From: Candidatus Onstottus arcticum
GTDB taxonomy: Bacteria; Acidobacteriota; Blastocatellia; UBA7656
Direction: 5' to 3'
Length of the DNA: 64,000 bases
Assembly (NCBI GenBank): GCA_038040485.1
Contig: JBBPIE010000006.1
Coordinates: 142,435-206,434, forward strand
This document shows, one piece after another, positions 32,432-43,010 of the stretch. A model generated the notes under the pieces. The model was not told the origin of the DNA. It made no database searches and was given only the letters and a program-made list of their open reading frames with translations. The position numbers were made by a program, and so were the translations under genes. Position 1 is the first letter of the stretch. Each line of letters begins with the position of its first letter.

Positions 32432-33640
32432 TCACTTCTTCTTACTTGCTGTCAGATATGCCTTGGATTGCTGGCCTACGATCTCAATCAGGTTGCCAAT
32501 CGCCAGGTGAACATCGATCAGGTGCAGTCCCCAATCCGCTTGAACCTGTCCGTTCACCACAATATCTCCCACGATGTCGTCGGCCCGAGGGTCGGCAGGG
32601 TCGGCATGAACAGTGATCGCGAGATAGGAGCCTTTTTCGTTCGAGATGCATTCGGCGGTAAGCAGACCGGGAACGCTCACAAAAGGCGTGCTGACCGGCT
32701 GCGCAGGGGTGACCCATGGAAGGGGCTCGGCGGAAGAGCCGAGCGATCGTCCCGCGGATGCCAGATACGCATGCAACTTCCCGCTACCGCCGCCCAGCGC
32801 CGCCGGGTTTGTGCAACCGGATTCCATGTTCTCGCCGGATACACGTCCGAACCGGGTGTTGGATGGCGGCGGCACATTAGACCGGAACGAAGCGTAGGTG
32901 ATTACGCATCCGGTTTGGGACGCGGAGCGGCATAGCGGCATTTGCTTAAAAGCGCCGCCAACGTCCTTTCCTCGCGGCACCGGAAGACTGGTCCCCAACA
33001 ACAACGCGGAGACAATGCGCGACTGCACGGCTTTGCCATCGATCTCGTTACGGATCAGTTGAGTAAGCACTAACGAGCCTTGTGAGTGGCCGATCAGAAC
33101 TACGCCGCGGCCCTGATTGTCATGTTCTAGGTAGTAGTTCCAAGCATCGACGACATCGTTGTAGCCGAGCGCCAGATTGGCGGTCATAGGCTTGCCCGCG
33201 ATCAACGCCCGAAGCGCGGTCAGCGTGACCTGCCGGTAGAGCGGCGCGTAGGTACGGCACTCCGAGCCGAAGCGCGCGAACTGCGCGGGGATCACCGCGA
33301 GTTCTTCCGGGCCGGCGCTCATGTCGCTGTTGGGCGTTGCGTCGTTAGAGACGGTGGGGTAGACATAGAAGCAGTCGATTGCCGCCTTGGGATTTGCCTT
33401 CCAGATTTCGCGCGTCAGCTTGCCGTTGGCTCCGACAACGGTTGTAGTCAGATCAACGGCGCAGGCATCTTGCCGGCCGGGTCTGCAGAGCCAGCTCTTG
33501 CCGTCGCCGTAATCGTTCTTCCCCGAAGCGGCGGCAGGCTCCGGTTTGTCCGTCGTCTGCGCCGCCGCCGTTCCGGCGCCTGCAAGGCACGTTATCAATC
33601 CCGCCATCAGCGCTAAAGCAAAAACAGATCGTCGTAGCAT
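32432..33640 (-). CDS. secreted alpha/beta hydrolase, DUF3089-like (GHSQGS lipase-type nucleophile)
   Basis: ATG (complement of 33638-33640) gives the signal peptide MLRRSVFALALMAGLITCLAGAGTAAAQ. GxSxG motif VVLIGHSQGSLVL. The track ORF extends 84 codons further upstream without support. Confidence 0.7.
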   Translation of the reverse strand: MLRRSVFALALMAGLITCLAGAGTAAAQTTDKPEPAAASGKNDYGDGKSWLCRPGRQDACAVDLTTTVVGANGKLTREIWKANPKAAIDCFYVYPTVSNDATPNSDMSAGPEELAVIPAQFARFGSECRTYAPLYRQVTLTALRALIAGKPMTANLALGYNDVVDAWNYYLEHDNQGRGVVLIGHSQGSLVLTQLIRNEIDGKAVQSRIVSALLLGTSLPVPRGKDVGGAFKQMPLCRSASQTGCVITYASFRSNVPPPSNTRFGRVSGENMESGCTNPAALGGGSGKLHAYLASAGRSLGSSAEPLPWVTPAQPVSTPFVSVPGLLTAECISNEKGSYLAITVHADPADPRADDIVGDIVVNGQVQADWGLHLIDVHLAIGNLIEIVGQQSKAYLTASKKK

Positions 33641-33908
33641 GAGTTCTCCTGTCGGGTTTTTTGAGCGGCAAATATACAACATCGGAGCCGAGTGCACGAG
33701 CGGTCTGGTTTCTTCAATGCAAGAACAGGTTGCTGTTGACAACAGTCGAGGCGGTATAGGATAACCGCGCTGTCGGTTCCGAGATTGCCGTCGAGCAGCC
33801 GTGACGAGGCGAGGACCCCCTTTGGCCCAAGAAATTGTCCCGACCCTCACCGTCCGTTGCTCAACTAGTCTTTGAGCCTCGTGGGCAATCAATTCTTCAA
33901 GAGGAAGT

Positions 33909-36356
33909 ATGGAAAGCCTGAGACAGGATTTAGCTTACGGCCTTCGAGCGCTGGTCAAGAGCCCGGGATTCACAATCGTGGCGGTACTGACGCTTGGGCT
34001 TGGGACGGGCGCCAACACCGCAATCTTCAGCGTATTGAACGGAGTTCTGCTGAGACCGCTCCCGTTTCGGGAGCCCGAACGGCTGGTGATGGTGTGGAAC
34101 AATAACACCAAAGCAAATCAGCCACAGGCAGCACTATCGGTGCCGGATCTTCTCGACTACCGCGAGAACAACGTGTTCGAGCAGATCGCCAGTCTTGCAT
34201 ACGACGACTTCAATCTGACGGGCGGCGACCAACCCGAGCGCCTTCAAGGAACGATGGTATCAGCCAACTTCTTTTCAGTGCTTGGCGTGACCGCTCAAGT
34301 CGGTCGAGTGTTTCTACCCGACGAAGGTCAATCCGGCGCGGACCGCGTAGTGGTCATCAGCAGCGGCTTGTGGAAGCGGCGTTTCGGCGGGGATCCCGCG
34401 GTTGTCAGCCAGACGATTCCGCTCAACGGTGCCAGCTTCACGGTGGTGGGAGTTGCGCCAGCGGAGTTTCAATCGCCGGAGAAGGGCGATGAGCTTTGGG
34501 TTCCGATGTCGTTTGATGCCGCTGACCGGCTGCGGATTCCTTCGATCAGCGCGCCGGAAGATTTCAAGAGGCGCTCCTTTCGTTTTCTCAAGAGCTTTGC
34601 GCGGCTGAGGCCAGGCGCCGCACTCGATCAAGCTCAAGCCGAGATGGCGACGATCGCGGGCCGCCTCGAACAACAGTACCCGGACTCAAACACCGGTCTG
34701 GGAATCAGCCTTGTTCCCTTGCACCGCCAGATCGTGGGCGACGTCAAGCCTGCGTTGCTTCTGCTCCTAGCGGCGGTCGGGCTCGTGCTATTGATCGCGT
34801 GCGCCAACGTGGCCAACCTTCTGCTTGCGCGGGCCGCCTCCCGTCAAAAGGAAATCGCGATTCGGGTTGCGCTTGGCGCGGGCCGCGCGAGGTTGATTCG
34901 CCAGTTACTGACCGAAAGTGTGATGCTCGCGCTCGCTGGCGGCGGTCTTGGACTAGGGGTGGCGTGGGTGGGCCTGAGGGCGCTGATCGGAATCAATCCG
35001 CCGAACGTCCCACGATTGGAGACCATCGGAATCGATGCGCGGGTGCTTGGCTTTACGCTGCTGGTGTCGTTGTTGACCGGGTTGGTGTTCGGGCTTGTGC
35101 CGGCGCTCCAGGCTTCGCGGCCGGATTTGAATGAGGCTTTGAAAGAAGGCGGACGTGGCTCAACTGGCGGGATTGGCCGGCGGCGTGTCCGCAGCATTCT
35201 GGTCGTCACCGAAGTTGCGCTGACCCAGATGCTGTTGATCGGGGCTGGCTTGATGCTCAAGAGCTTCTACTCGTTGCAACAAGTAAATCCCGGCTTCACT
35301 CCCGACAGCGTCTTGACGATGCAGGTGACGCTGCCTCCCGTGAAGTACGCGGAACCCAGCCAGATCGCGGCTTTCTACGAACAAGCTCTGAAGCGCATCG
35401 AAACGCTTCCCGGCGTGCAGTCGGTGGGCGCCGCGACCTCTCTTCCTCTCACCGCCAACAGCCTTGCGCGCCGGTTTACGATTGACGGACGCGCGCCGGG
35501 TTCGCCAAATGAACGGCTGGTGGCAGGTTACGGCGCGGTCAGTCCGGACTACTTTCTCGCGATGGGCATTCGATTGATAAACGGGCGAGCGTTTACCAAT
35601 CAGGATCGTGACAAGTCGCCGCAGGTCATCGTCATCAACGAGACGATGCGCCGGCGATTCTGGCCGAATGAAGATCCGATTGGCAGACGCATCAGCATCA
35701 CTGCGGAACGCGGAGTCTCACGTGAAATCGTCGGAGTCGTCGCGGACGTCAAGAACTCGAGCCTCGACTCCGAGTCCGGACTCCAGATGTACGAGCCATA
35801 CTTGCAGGTGCCGTGGAACTTCATGGCGATAGCCGTGCGCACTGGGGCTAGTCCGCTTAGCCTGGCACAGCCTGTGAGAGACGAGATTCTCGGTGTCGAC
35901 AAGGCCCAACCTGTCTACGACGTAAAAACGATGGCTCAGATCGTTGACGACTCGGTGTCCCAGCCGCGGCTCTACATGCTGTTGCTCGCGGTGTTCGCCG
36001 GGGTCGCGCTGTCCCTCGCGGCTGTCGGAATCTACGGTGTGATGAACTATTCTGTGAACCAGCGAAAGCACGAGATCGGGATTCGGATGGCGATTGGCGC
36101 TCAGCCCTTGGACATAATGAAGCTGATCCTGGGGCAAGGGATGCTTCTGGCAATCATCGGCGTTGCAGTGGGAGCCGCCGCCGCGTTTTTCCTCGGCAGG
36201 TTTATCGAGATGCTCTTGTTTGGCGTAAGCGGGAGAGACTTAACTACGTTCATCGGGATTCCAATTGTACTCCTTCTGGTTTCGCTGCTGGCCAGCTATG
36301 TTCCTGCGCGCCGGGCTACCCGTGTAGATCCGATGATCGCGCTTCGAGCCGAATAA
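33909..36356 (+). CDS. ADOP-family duplicated orphan permease (FtsX/MacB-like ABC transporter permease, two FtsX domains)
   Basis: 815 aa, ATG with SD GAGGAAG. N-terminus MESLRQDLAYGLRALVKSPGFTIVAVLTLGLGTGANTAIFSVLNGVLLRPLPF is the ADOP/MacB-permease signature. Two 4-TM FtsX modules. Confidence 0.9.
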   Translation: MESLRQDLAYGLRALVKSPGFTIVAVLTLGLGTGANTAIFSVLNGVLLRPLPFREPERLVMVWNNNTKANQPQAALSVPDLLDYRENNVFEQIASLAYDDFNLTGGDQPERLQGTMVSANFFSVLGVTAQVGRVFLPDEGQSGADRVVVISSGLWKRRFGGDPAVVSQTIPLNGASFTVVGVAPAEFQSPEKGDELWVPMSFDAADRLRIPSISAPEDFKRRSFRFLKSFARLRPGAALDQAQAEMATIAGRLEQQYPDSNTGLGISLVPLHRQIVGDVKPALLLLLAAVGLVLLIACANVANLLLARAASRQKEIAIRVALGAGRARLIRQLLTESVMLALAGGGLGLGVAWVGLRALIGINPPNVPRLETIGIDARVLGFTLLVSLLTGLVFGLVPALQASRPDLNEALKEGGRGSTGGIGRRRVRSILVVTEVALTQMLLIGAGLMLKSFYSLQQVNPGFTPDSVLTMQVTLPPVKYAEPSQIAAFYEQALKRIETLPGVQSVGAATSLPLTANSLARRFTIDGRAPGSPNERLVAGYGAVSPDYFLAMGIRLINGRAFTNQDRDKSPQVIVINETMRRRFWPNEDPIGRRISITAERGVSREIVGVVADVKNSSLDSESGLQMYEPYLQVPWNFMAIAVRTGASPLSLAQPVRDEILGVDKAQPVYDVKTMAQIVDDSVSQPRLYMLLLAVFAGVALSLAAVGIYGVMNYSVNQRKHEIGIRMAIGAQPLDIMKLILGQGMLLAIIGVAVGAAAAFFLGRFIEMLLFGVSGRDLTTFIGIPIVLLLVSLLASYVPARRATRVDPMIALRAE

Positions 36357-36365
36357 CAGGCAACT

Positions 36366-36953
36366 ATGCCAACACGAAGTGAAGCCTGGGAACTGCTCTG
36401 CGAGTACACCAAGGGTGATTCGCTCCGCAAGCACGCGCGCGCAGTCGAAGCGGTGATGCGAGCTTACGCGCGGCGGCTCGGCGAAGACGAACGAAAGTGG
36501 GGCGTCACCGGGATGCTGCACGACTTCGATTATGAGATGTATCCGAACCCGCCGGACCATCCGGTCAAAGGCTCTGAGGTCCTTCTCGAGCGCGGCTACG
36601 ACGAAGAGATACGGCGAGCGATTCTGGGACACGCCAACTACACGGGTGTGCCGCGCGATACTGTGCTAGCGCGTGGGCTTTATGCGTGCGACGAGCTGGC
36701 AGGCTTCGTGGTGGCCTGCGCGCTGGTAAGGCCCAACGGCATCTGGGATCTCGAATCCCGGTCGGTCAGGAAGAAGCTCAAGGACAAAGCGTTCGCTCGA
36801 ACCGTGAATCGTGAGGAAGTGTACGAAGGCGCGGAGGAGCTCGGCGTCGAGCTAGGGGAGCACATAGACTTTATTATCGCCGCGCTACGCGAGGTAGCCG
36901 GAGAAGTTGGTCTCGAACGCAGGATCGATGCACCCCATCAACAAAGTTTGTGA
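36366..36953 (+). CDS. HD-domain (HDIG-like) metal-dependent phosphohydrolase
   Basis: 195 aa. H...HD motif (MLHDFDYEMY) and downstream His residues. Typical YfbR/HD-superfamily size. Confidence 0.75.
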   Translation: MPTRSEAWELLCEYTKGDSLRKHARAVEAVMRAYARRLGEDERKWGVTGMLHDFDYEMYPNPPDHPVKGSEVLLERGYDEEIRRAILGHANYTGVPRDTVLARGLYACDELAGFVVACALVRPNGIWDLESRSVRKKLKDKAFARTVNREEVYEGAEELGVELGEHIDFIIAALREVAGEVGLERRIDAPHQQSL

Positions 36954-36980
36954 GTCACAAACACGAAGGAACGCCGCTAA

Positions 36981-38744
36981 ATGAAAGGCCTGCTGGTAAG
37001 TTTGGTTTGCGCTGTGCTGGCAGCGGCAGGTCCGACTGTCGCTCACCCGACCGGCCGCGCGCTCACCCAAGAGCGATCCAGCAAGGCGCCAACTCCGATC
37101 AAGAAAGTGCTCGAACTTGCCCGGGCCGCGCGAGCGAGGTTCGACTTCGCCGGTTCGCTTCGGTTGCTTGACGAGGCCTCGCGAGAGGATCGGGACTCCG
37201 CTGTCGTGCGTGTAGAACGCGGTTTGATTTTCCTCGACGCCGAAGATGTGTCGCGCGCGGGTGAACTTTTGGAAGCAGCTCTTCGCGAGGAACCTTCCAA
37301 CACCGAGGTGATGATCGGGCTCGCCGGAGTCGAGCTGCTCGAGGGGAACTACAAAAGCGCTGAGAAGCTGCTACGGCTGGTCCTCGCCGGCACGCCACAG
37401 AGCGGCTCGGCGCACTCTCTGCTTTCGCGATTGTTTCTCGAGAATGACAATCCGAACGAAGCGGCAGCCGAAGCACAGCGAGCGATCGCGCTTGAGCCGA
37501 GCAATGTTGAAGCACTGACGACTCTGGCGTTTGTGCGAGCCAGGCAGATGAGACCCGCGGAGGTGCGCGCGTTGGCGCGGCGCGTGGTTTCGCTCGACGA
37601 GTTCAACGCGGTGGCTCGACGGCTGCTCTCGCAATACCTGGATGGAAAGGCCGGCTACGACCAGCAGGTTTCCCAGGCCGCCCGCAAGCGTTACGAGTTA
37701 GGCCGCGCCCTCAAACAACAGGGACAGTTTAGTGAGGCGCTCACTGAGTTCGAAGCGGCGCTCGCGGCCGAGCCTCGTTACTACCGGGCGCTGCTTTCGA
37801 TTGGGGACATCTGGCTCAAGAGGGGTGACTACGAGCGGGCGGCTGGGACTGCGCGGCTGGCCGAGTCGGTTGACCCTGACGGCGCGCTTGTGCAGCTTCA
37901 ATTGAGCTACGCTTATCGTGGAATGAAGGAGCGGGCGCGGATCGAAATCGGCGCACCCAACTTTGCAGCGAATCTTGATCGGCGGCCTGCGCCGACTGCG
38001 TTTGCGCTGACGAGCGAGATATTTCCGGAATATGCGTTGCTGTCCCGGCGCGGGCAGACCGTGATCGATTCCGTTGTCGCGCCGCTCGCTCAGTATCTGC
38101 CGAGGCTCGCGCGAGCCGGTGCGCGCCATTACCTGCTCGCTTATGATCAGCGTCCGGGCGAAGTGCGCGATTTGCGCGGTTCGGCTGAAGAGAAGACTCT
38201 CGATGGCCGTTACTACGACAGCATTCGCGGGGTTGGCGGGCGAGTCTCGGTGTCCGGCTTCGAGTATCTCGAGATTGCGGCGGCGGGTGGGGCAAACACC
38301 CTCGCTCACGAGTTCGCCCACCAGGTTCACCTGACTGCGATGAGCAAAGCCGAAATGAAGACTATTCACAACCTCTACGAGCGGGCTCGCAGGGAAGGGA
38401 GGGCGCTCGACTATTACGCGGCAGCAAACGAGATGGAGTATTTCGCTCAGGGTTACGAAGCGTTCGTCTCGCACTACAAGCGCCCGTCTTCTGGGATCAC
38501 GGCACGGCACACGAATCGAGAGCTGTTTAAACGCGACCCGGAGCTGTACGAGTTTCTGGTAAAGACGTGCGGAATGCATCAGGTTTCGTCGTTAAGAAAG
38601 GGCGTTTTTCTTGCTGGGAGTAGTTGCTTGACAAGAAACTTGGTGCGTGCGACTATCCAGCCTTGGAGCGTTCCGGTCCGTGATGGTCAGCAACTCCGAC
38701 TGCTCCACTGGCATCCCAGAGTTGCACCAACTCAGTACAACTAA
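36981..38744 (+). CDS. secreted TPR-repeat protein with a C-terminal HExxH zinc-metallopeptidase-like motif
   Basis: Signal peptide MKGLLVSLVCAVLAAAGPTVA. Several TPR units. HEFAHQVH (HExxH) in the C-terminal domain. Confidence 0.7.
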   Translation: MKGLLVSLVCAVLAAAGPTVAHPTGRALTQERSSKAPTPIKKVLELARAARARFDFAGSLRLLDEASREDRDSAVVRVERGLIFLDAEDVSRAGELLEAALREEPSNTEVMIGLAGVELLEGNYKSAEKLLRLVLAGTPQSGSAHSLLSRLFLENDNPNEAAAEAQRAIALEPSNVEALTTLAFVRARQMRPAEVRALARRVVSLDEFNAVARRLLSQYLDGKAGYDQQVSQAARKRYELGRALKQQGQFSEALTEFEAALAAEPRYYRALLSIGDIWLKRGDYERAAGTARLAESVDPDGALVQLQLSYAYRGMKERARIEIGAPNFAANLDRRPAPTAFALTSEIFPEYALLSRRGQTVIDSVVAPLAQYLPRLARAGARHYLLAYDQRPGEVRDLRGSAEEKTLDGRYYDSIRGVGGRVSVSGFEYLEIAAAGGANTLAHEFAHQVHLTAMSKAEMKTIHNLYERARREGRALDYYAAANEMEYFAQGYEAFVSHYKRPSSGITARHTNRELFKRDPELYEFLVKTCGMHQVSSLRKGVFLAGSSCLTRNLVRATIQPWSVPVRDGQQLRLLHWHPRVAPTQYN

Positions 38745-38805
38745 AGGTTGAAAGAGTTTCTCAAAGAGGACGCTCGCACTTACAGCTCAGGAGGAGTATC
38801 TGCTC

Positions 38806-39870
38806 ATGAAAAGATTGTTGGTATTGATCGCGGCTCTCTTGTTTACGCCGGCGACGGTGACGTCTTTTGCTGTTGCGAAAACGGCCGAGGATCAGGCCGC
38901 CGCTGCGCAGGATCCGAAAGCGGAAGAGGCTGCGGCATATGCAAAATGGTACGAAGCGAATGCCGCAAAGGACAATCCGAAGGCAATGGAACTGGCAAAG
39001 GCTTATGTAGAGAAGTATCCGGGCGGACAGAACGTCGAGTACCTCAAGACAAAATGGATCCCCGCGACCAGGACCACTCTGTTCAATCAAGCGATCGCGC
39101 AGAAAAACATGGCCGACATTATCCGCATTGGCAGAGACGCGCTCGCCGACAATCCCGACAATCTGGACTACCTGAGCGCGTTGTGGTTTCAGATACGTAC
39201 CAATGAGTTGTTTGCTTCACCGCCCAACTTCGCACACGCCGCCGAGGCAGCCGAGTTTACCGAACGGGCGATGAAGCTGGTCGAGGGCGGCAAGACGCCG
39301 ACACCCAACCCGAACAATCCTTTTGACAAGAACAAGACACTCGCGTTCTTCCATCAGACGCTGGCGGTTATCGAGGACCATAACAAGAACCTCGACAAGG
39401 CGCTCGAGCATTACCAACACACTGCTAGTCTCGATCCCATGAACCCGCTGTATTTCTTCCAGATTGGCCGGCTAAACCAGGAGAAGTACCTCGCCGCCGC
39501 AAAGAAGTATCAGGAGATGCCCGAGGCTGATCGCGATGCTAGCCCTCCAAAGCCGGAGGCGAAAGCCGCGCTTGACGAGGTGAACAAGTATGCGGATGGC
39601 GTGATCAACGCGTGGGTGCGCTATCTCGGGCTGACTGCGGACAAGCCGACAACGGGTGACACCCGCTCGAAGGTCGAAGGAGTGGTCACCGAACTATATA
39701 AGTTCCGTAACAACAACTCGACCGACGGCCTTGCAAAACTAATAGAGCAGAATAAAACAAGCGCGGCTCCGGTCAGTATGCCTCCTCCGGCCGACCCGCC
39801 AAAAGCGACAGCAGAGCAGAAGCCTGCTGAGAGCGCCGTGACTGTGAAGCCCGCAGTCAAGAAACCTTGA
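38806..39870 (+). CDS. hypothetical secreted protein (Ala/Lys/Asp-rich)
   Basis: ATG with SD CAGGAGGAG. Signal peptide MKRLLVLIAALLFTPATVTSFA. Confidence 0.6.
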   Translation: MKRLLVLIAALLFTPATVTSFAVAKTAEDQAAAAQDPKAEEAAAYAKWYEANAAKDNPKAMELAKAYVEKYPGGQNVEYLKTKWIPATRTTLFNQAIAQKNMADIIRIGRDALADNPDNLDYLSALWFQIRTNELFASPPNFAHAAEAAEFTERAMKLVEGGKTPTPNPNNPFDKNKTLAFFHQTLAVIEDHNKNLDKALEHYQHTASLDPMNPLYFFQIGRLNQEKYLAAAKKYQEMPEADRDASPPKPEAKAALDEVNKYADGVINAWVRYLGLTADKPTTGDTRSKVEGVVTELYKFRNNNSTDGLAKLIEQNKTSAAPVSMPPPADPPKATAEQKPAESAVTVKPAVKKP

Positions 39871-39895
39871 GCTTCGGTAACAGTCAATCTCAAGA

Positions 39896-39924
39896 AGCCA
39901 GTCCACGAGCGGCTGGCTTTTTGA
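39896..39924 (+). terminator. rho-independent terminator
   Basis: AGCCAG-tccacgagcgg-CTGGCT followed by TTTTTGATTT. Confidence 0.6.
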
Positions 39925-40017
39925 TTTCAATATCTCCCCGTTTGTAACGCCTGACGGCTGCAATCGCTTGTGTGTTATATTGAGAGCGTCCGCGAGGTTC
40001 AATCTGTTACAGGCTGT

Positions 40018-41016
40018 ATGATCCTACTGGAACGCGAAAGACTTCTCTCCGAACTCGAGCAAAAGATCGGTTACTCTTTCCGGTCGCGAGCGCTGCTTGA
40101 TCGCGCGCTGACCCATCGTTCATTCGCAAACGAGCGCACAGACGAACATTGCCAGCACAATGAGGCGATGGAATTTCTCGGCGACTCGGTTCTGGGGTTT
40201 GTAGTCAGCGCGTGGCTGCTCGAGCGCTTTCCTGATCTGTCCGAAGGCAAACTGTCCAAGATGAAAGCCTTCATGGTCAGCGAGTCGAGCCTTGTCGAGC
40301 TTGCCGAGGAGATCGACCTCGGGCGCTACATCCTACTGAATCGAGGCGAAGAAAAGACCGGGGGCCGGCGCAAGCACGCGCTTCTGGCAGACGCCTATGA
40401 AGCGTTGATCGGTGTGCTTTACGTCGACGGCGGGACAGGCGTCGCCGAACGCTTCCTGCGCCGCGAGCTTGGCGAGAAGCTCACCAGCATCGATCCGGCT
40501 TCGATGATCGGCGCGGACTACAAATCGGCGTTGCAGGAAAGACTTCAGGCGGCCGGCGGCACCGTTCCGGAGTACGCGGTTGTCGAAGTGACCGGCCCGG
40601 ACCATCGCAGGACTTTTCGAGTCGAGCTTCGAGTTGCGGGCCAGACTCTGGCGGCGGGCGAAGGGCACACGATCAAAATCGCACAACAGGAGGCCGCCCG
40701 CGCCGGGCTTGAAAGCGATGCGCTCCCCGGTGTTGTCGAGGCTCTCAAGCAAAATCAAAAACGTGACGTTGAAGCCGATGGCCAACGCGCAGCCAATGGA
40801 ACCAACTCAGGGTCGCGGGAAGACGCGCTGACGCTCGAAGGCGAGACCCAATTGCCGACAGCCTCGGCGGGAACGCAATCTCAAGGCGACACAGGAACCC
40901 ACTCCCAGGCGCGGGTTGCCGCGTCGGCTTCGGCGGTCGATGCTTCAATAGAAGCCGGTGACGACGGGCGTCTCTCTGCCGACGCGGATAGCGAGATTGT
41001 TGTCACCGAGTTTTGA
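40018..41016 (+). CDS. rnc: ribonuclease III
   Basis: ATG at 40018 (MILLERERLLSELEQKIGYSFRSRALLDRALTHRSF). RNase III signature ERLEFLGDSVLG and a dsRBD. Low-complexity C-terminal extension. Track start 39970 is GTG. Confidence 0.9.
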   Translation: MILLERERLLSELEQKIGYSFRSRALLDRALTHRSFANERTDEHCQHNEAMEFLGDSVLGFVVSAWLLERFPDLSEGKLSKMKAFMVSESSLVELAEEIDLGRYILLNRGEEKTGGRRKHALLADAYEALIGVLYVDGGTGVAERFLRRELGEKLTSIDPASMIGADYKSALQERLQAAGGTVPEYAVVEVTGPDHRRTFRVELRVAGQTLAAGEGHTIKIAQQEAARAGLESDALPGVVEALKQNQKRDVEADGQRAANGTNSGSREDALTLEGETQLPTASAGTQSQGDTGTHSQARVAASASAVDASIEAGDDGRLSADADSEIVVTEF

Positions 41017-41028
41017 TCACCGAGTTTG

Positions 41029-42018
41029 ATGGGAGCTGACGGTTTTATGAGTGATGAACTGGATCTGCGAACGGAAGAAGAGACAGCCCGGCGAGCGGAG
41101 ACCGGCGAGCGTGAAACGCTGAGTGCGTTGCCGCCGCCCGAGGTGAGAACCGTAGACTCGAGTTATGTGCCGCTGGGTCATCGAGCTTCAAAGAAGGGCG
41201 TGCTGCGAGAGTATTTCGAGTCGGCGGTCGTGACTTTGATAATGGCGCTGTTCGGGATGACCTTCATCGTGCAAGCGGTCAAGGTGCCGACCGGTTCGAT
41301 GAAGAATACGATTTGGATTCAGGACCATCTCCTGGTCAACAAGTTTATCTTCGGGCCTCACGAGCAGCTCGATCTGCCGATTCTTCCTTCGCGCAGCATC
41401 AAACGCGGAGACATAGTGGTCTTCAAATACCCGGAGGACCCGCAAACGAACTTTGTGAAACGCGTAATCGCGCTGCCGGGCGAAACCGTTGAGTACCGCG
41501 CGAACCACGTCTACATCAATGGCGAGGAACTCCCCGAACATCGCGTCTACGTTGAGCCCGACGACAATAGTGCGCGCGAGCTTCAGACGGTTGAAGACGA
41601 ACCCACCCCTCCGGGAGCTAAATGGACGGTTTACTACTACGAGAGCGACCGAGAGCTGGTTTCGGCGAGGTTCAACGACGAGGCTGGAGAATACGCGGTC
41701 AGACAGCCGTTCAAACTACCGCTAAAAGGCGATCCGATACCCGACCGGATCAAAAGCGATCCCAGACTCCGCCGAATCTACGACGCGGATCAGGACGAGT
41801 TGTACGACAGCGACCAGTACTTCTGCATGGGAGACAACCGCGACAACAGCCAGGACAGCCGCTACTGGGGAACCGTGCCTCGGGCCAGCATCGTTGGCCG
41901 TGCGATGTTCGTCTACTGGTCAATCGAGCGAACCGATAAGGGCGATGGAAACTCGAATCCAGTAGTTGATTTCACCACGAAGTCGCGCTGGTCGCGAACG
42001 GGCAAGTTCATAAAGTAG
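41029..42018 (+). CDS. lepB: signal peptidase I
   Basis: PTGSMKNTI (Ser nucleophile), RGDIVVFKYP, KRVIALPGE (Lys general base), YFCMGDNRDNSQDSRYWG: canonical SPase I boxes B-E. Confidence 0.9.
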   Translation: MGADGFMSDELDLRTEEETARRAETGERETLSALPPPEVRTVDSSYVPLGHRASKKGVLREYFESAVVTLIMALFGMTFIVQAVKVPTGSMKNTIWIQDHLLVNKFIFGPHEQLDLPILPSRSIKRGDIVVFKYPEDPQTNFVKRVIALPGETVEYRANHVYINGEELPEHRVYVEPDDNSARELQTVEDEPTPPGAKWTVYYYESDRELVSARFNDEAGEYAVRQPFKLPLKGDPIPDRIKSDPRLRRIYDADQDELYDSDQYFCMGDNRDNSQDSRYWGTVPRASIVGRAMFVYWSIERTDKGDGNSNPVVDFTTKSRWSRTGKFIK

Positions 42019-42129
42019 ATTTTGGGTTTTGAGTTGGACCGAGAAGCAAACCACGTTTCCACGACTTCATCCGCGCACGAAGACCCCTGCCGATCAGAGG
42101 CGCTCGCGATCGATCAGCATTTGAACGCG

Positions 42130-42450
42130 ATGCGATCGAGAATCGGCGACCTCGGACATGAAATCGACTCAAGCAAGGCTGCGGTCGCTCGATCGATGGG
42201 CGGCGCAGTGTTCCTGCTGATGCTTGCAGCGGGCGCTGCCTACGACCTGCTCACGGGCAACACGGCGCTGTCGGTTGCCCTTGGCGTAGCGCGCGAGACG
42301 CTTACTGGAATAGCTCTCGGTTGCGGACTTGCGGGACTTGCGCTGCTGGCACACGCGGTTGTGCAATCTAGACGCAGCGATCAATCTCGCGACACTGAAC
42401 TCGCCGGGCTCGAACAGGAATATGCCGATCTGCTCGAACGCAAGGATTGA
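42130..42450 (+). CDS. hypothetical small membrane protein
   Basis: First ATG at 42130 of the track ORF 42022-42450. Two hydrophobic helices (GGAVFLLMLAAGAAYDLL, GIALGCGLAGLALLAHAVV). No family recognized. Confidence 0.3.
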   Translation: MRSRIGDLGHEIDSSKAAVARSMGGAVFLLMLAAGAAYDLLTGNTALSVALGVARETLTGIALGCGLAGLALLAHAVVQSRRSDQSRDTELAGLEQEYADLLERKD

Positions 42451-42503
42451 GACTCGCAACCGGATTCGTGCTCGCCCGTCGATCTGCTCCGGTTTCGTGG
42501 CGC

Positions 42504-42767
42504 TTACGGAGTGAGCTTGTCCTTGAGTATCTTGTCGGCTGCTTCCTTGCCGGCCGCTCTGTGGGTGCTGACGATGTCTCGGCAAGCATCGGCCGTTGCG
42601 TCGTAGACCACGGCGTTGATCTGGTAAGGACTAAAGCCTCGCTCCATGAACTCGGCAAACAGCGGAGTCAGCGCCTCTTCCGCCTTCTGTCTCAGTTCCA
42701 ATCCCTGTTGAGTGTAACGATACGGTGATACGCGCTCTATGAGCACGTTCTCGTCAGGACTATTCAT
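42504..42767 (-). CDS. hypothetical protein (87 aa)
   Basis: ATG (complement of 42765-42767) preceded by AGGAAG. MNSPDENVLIERVSPYRYTQQGLELRQKAEEALTPLFAEFMERGFSPYQINAVVYD... The 114 codons upstream in the track ORF are unsupported. Confidence 0.4.
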   Translation of the reverse strand: MNSPDENVLIERVSPYRYTQQGLELRQKAEEALTPLFAEFMERGFSPYQINAVVYDATADACRDIVSTHRAAGKEAADKILKDKLTP

Positions 42768-43010
42768 TGGCGGCTTCCTTTCCCTGTTGTGTTTCGTTAG
42801 AGTCTCGCCTGCTCGGCGGGATATCGCAAGAATGGGCGCGGATTTGACCAGGCTGGCCAAAGCGTGGGCGATGACGCGAGTGGCAGGAAGTCCGACGCTC
42901 ATCCGCGAAGGCGGTGTTGAACCCGGGCCAGCGCAGGACGTAGAATCTCGAACACTTCTCAAATTGAGCCTCGCTGAAGTCGCGGCGGGGAAGTGGCGGG
43001 CGGAAAGCAT

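Noticed and set aside
33641-33892. 84-codon N-terminal extension of the DUF3089 hydrolase ORF (track start 33892)
   Set aside because: The extension has no SD, contains the transcription-signal-like AT-richer region, and precedes an obvious signal peptide beginning at the internal ATG 33640. The same logic was applied to the upstream-extended track starts at 2581, 8189, 39970, 42993, 52031, 56097 and 58768.
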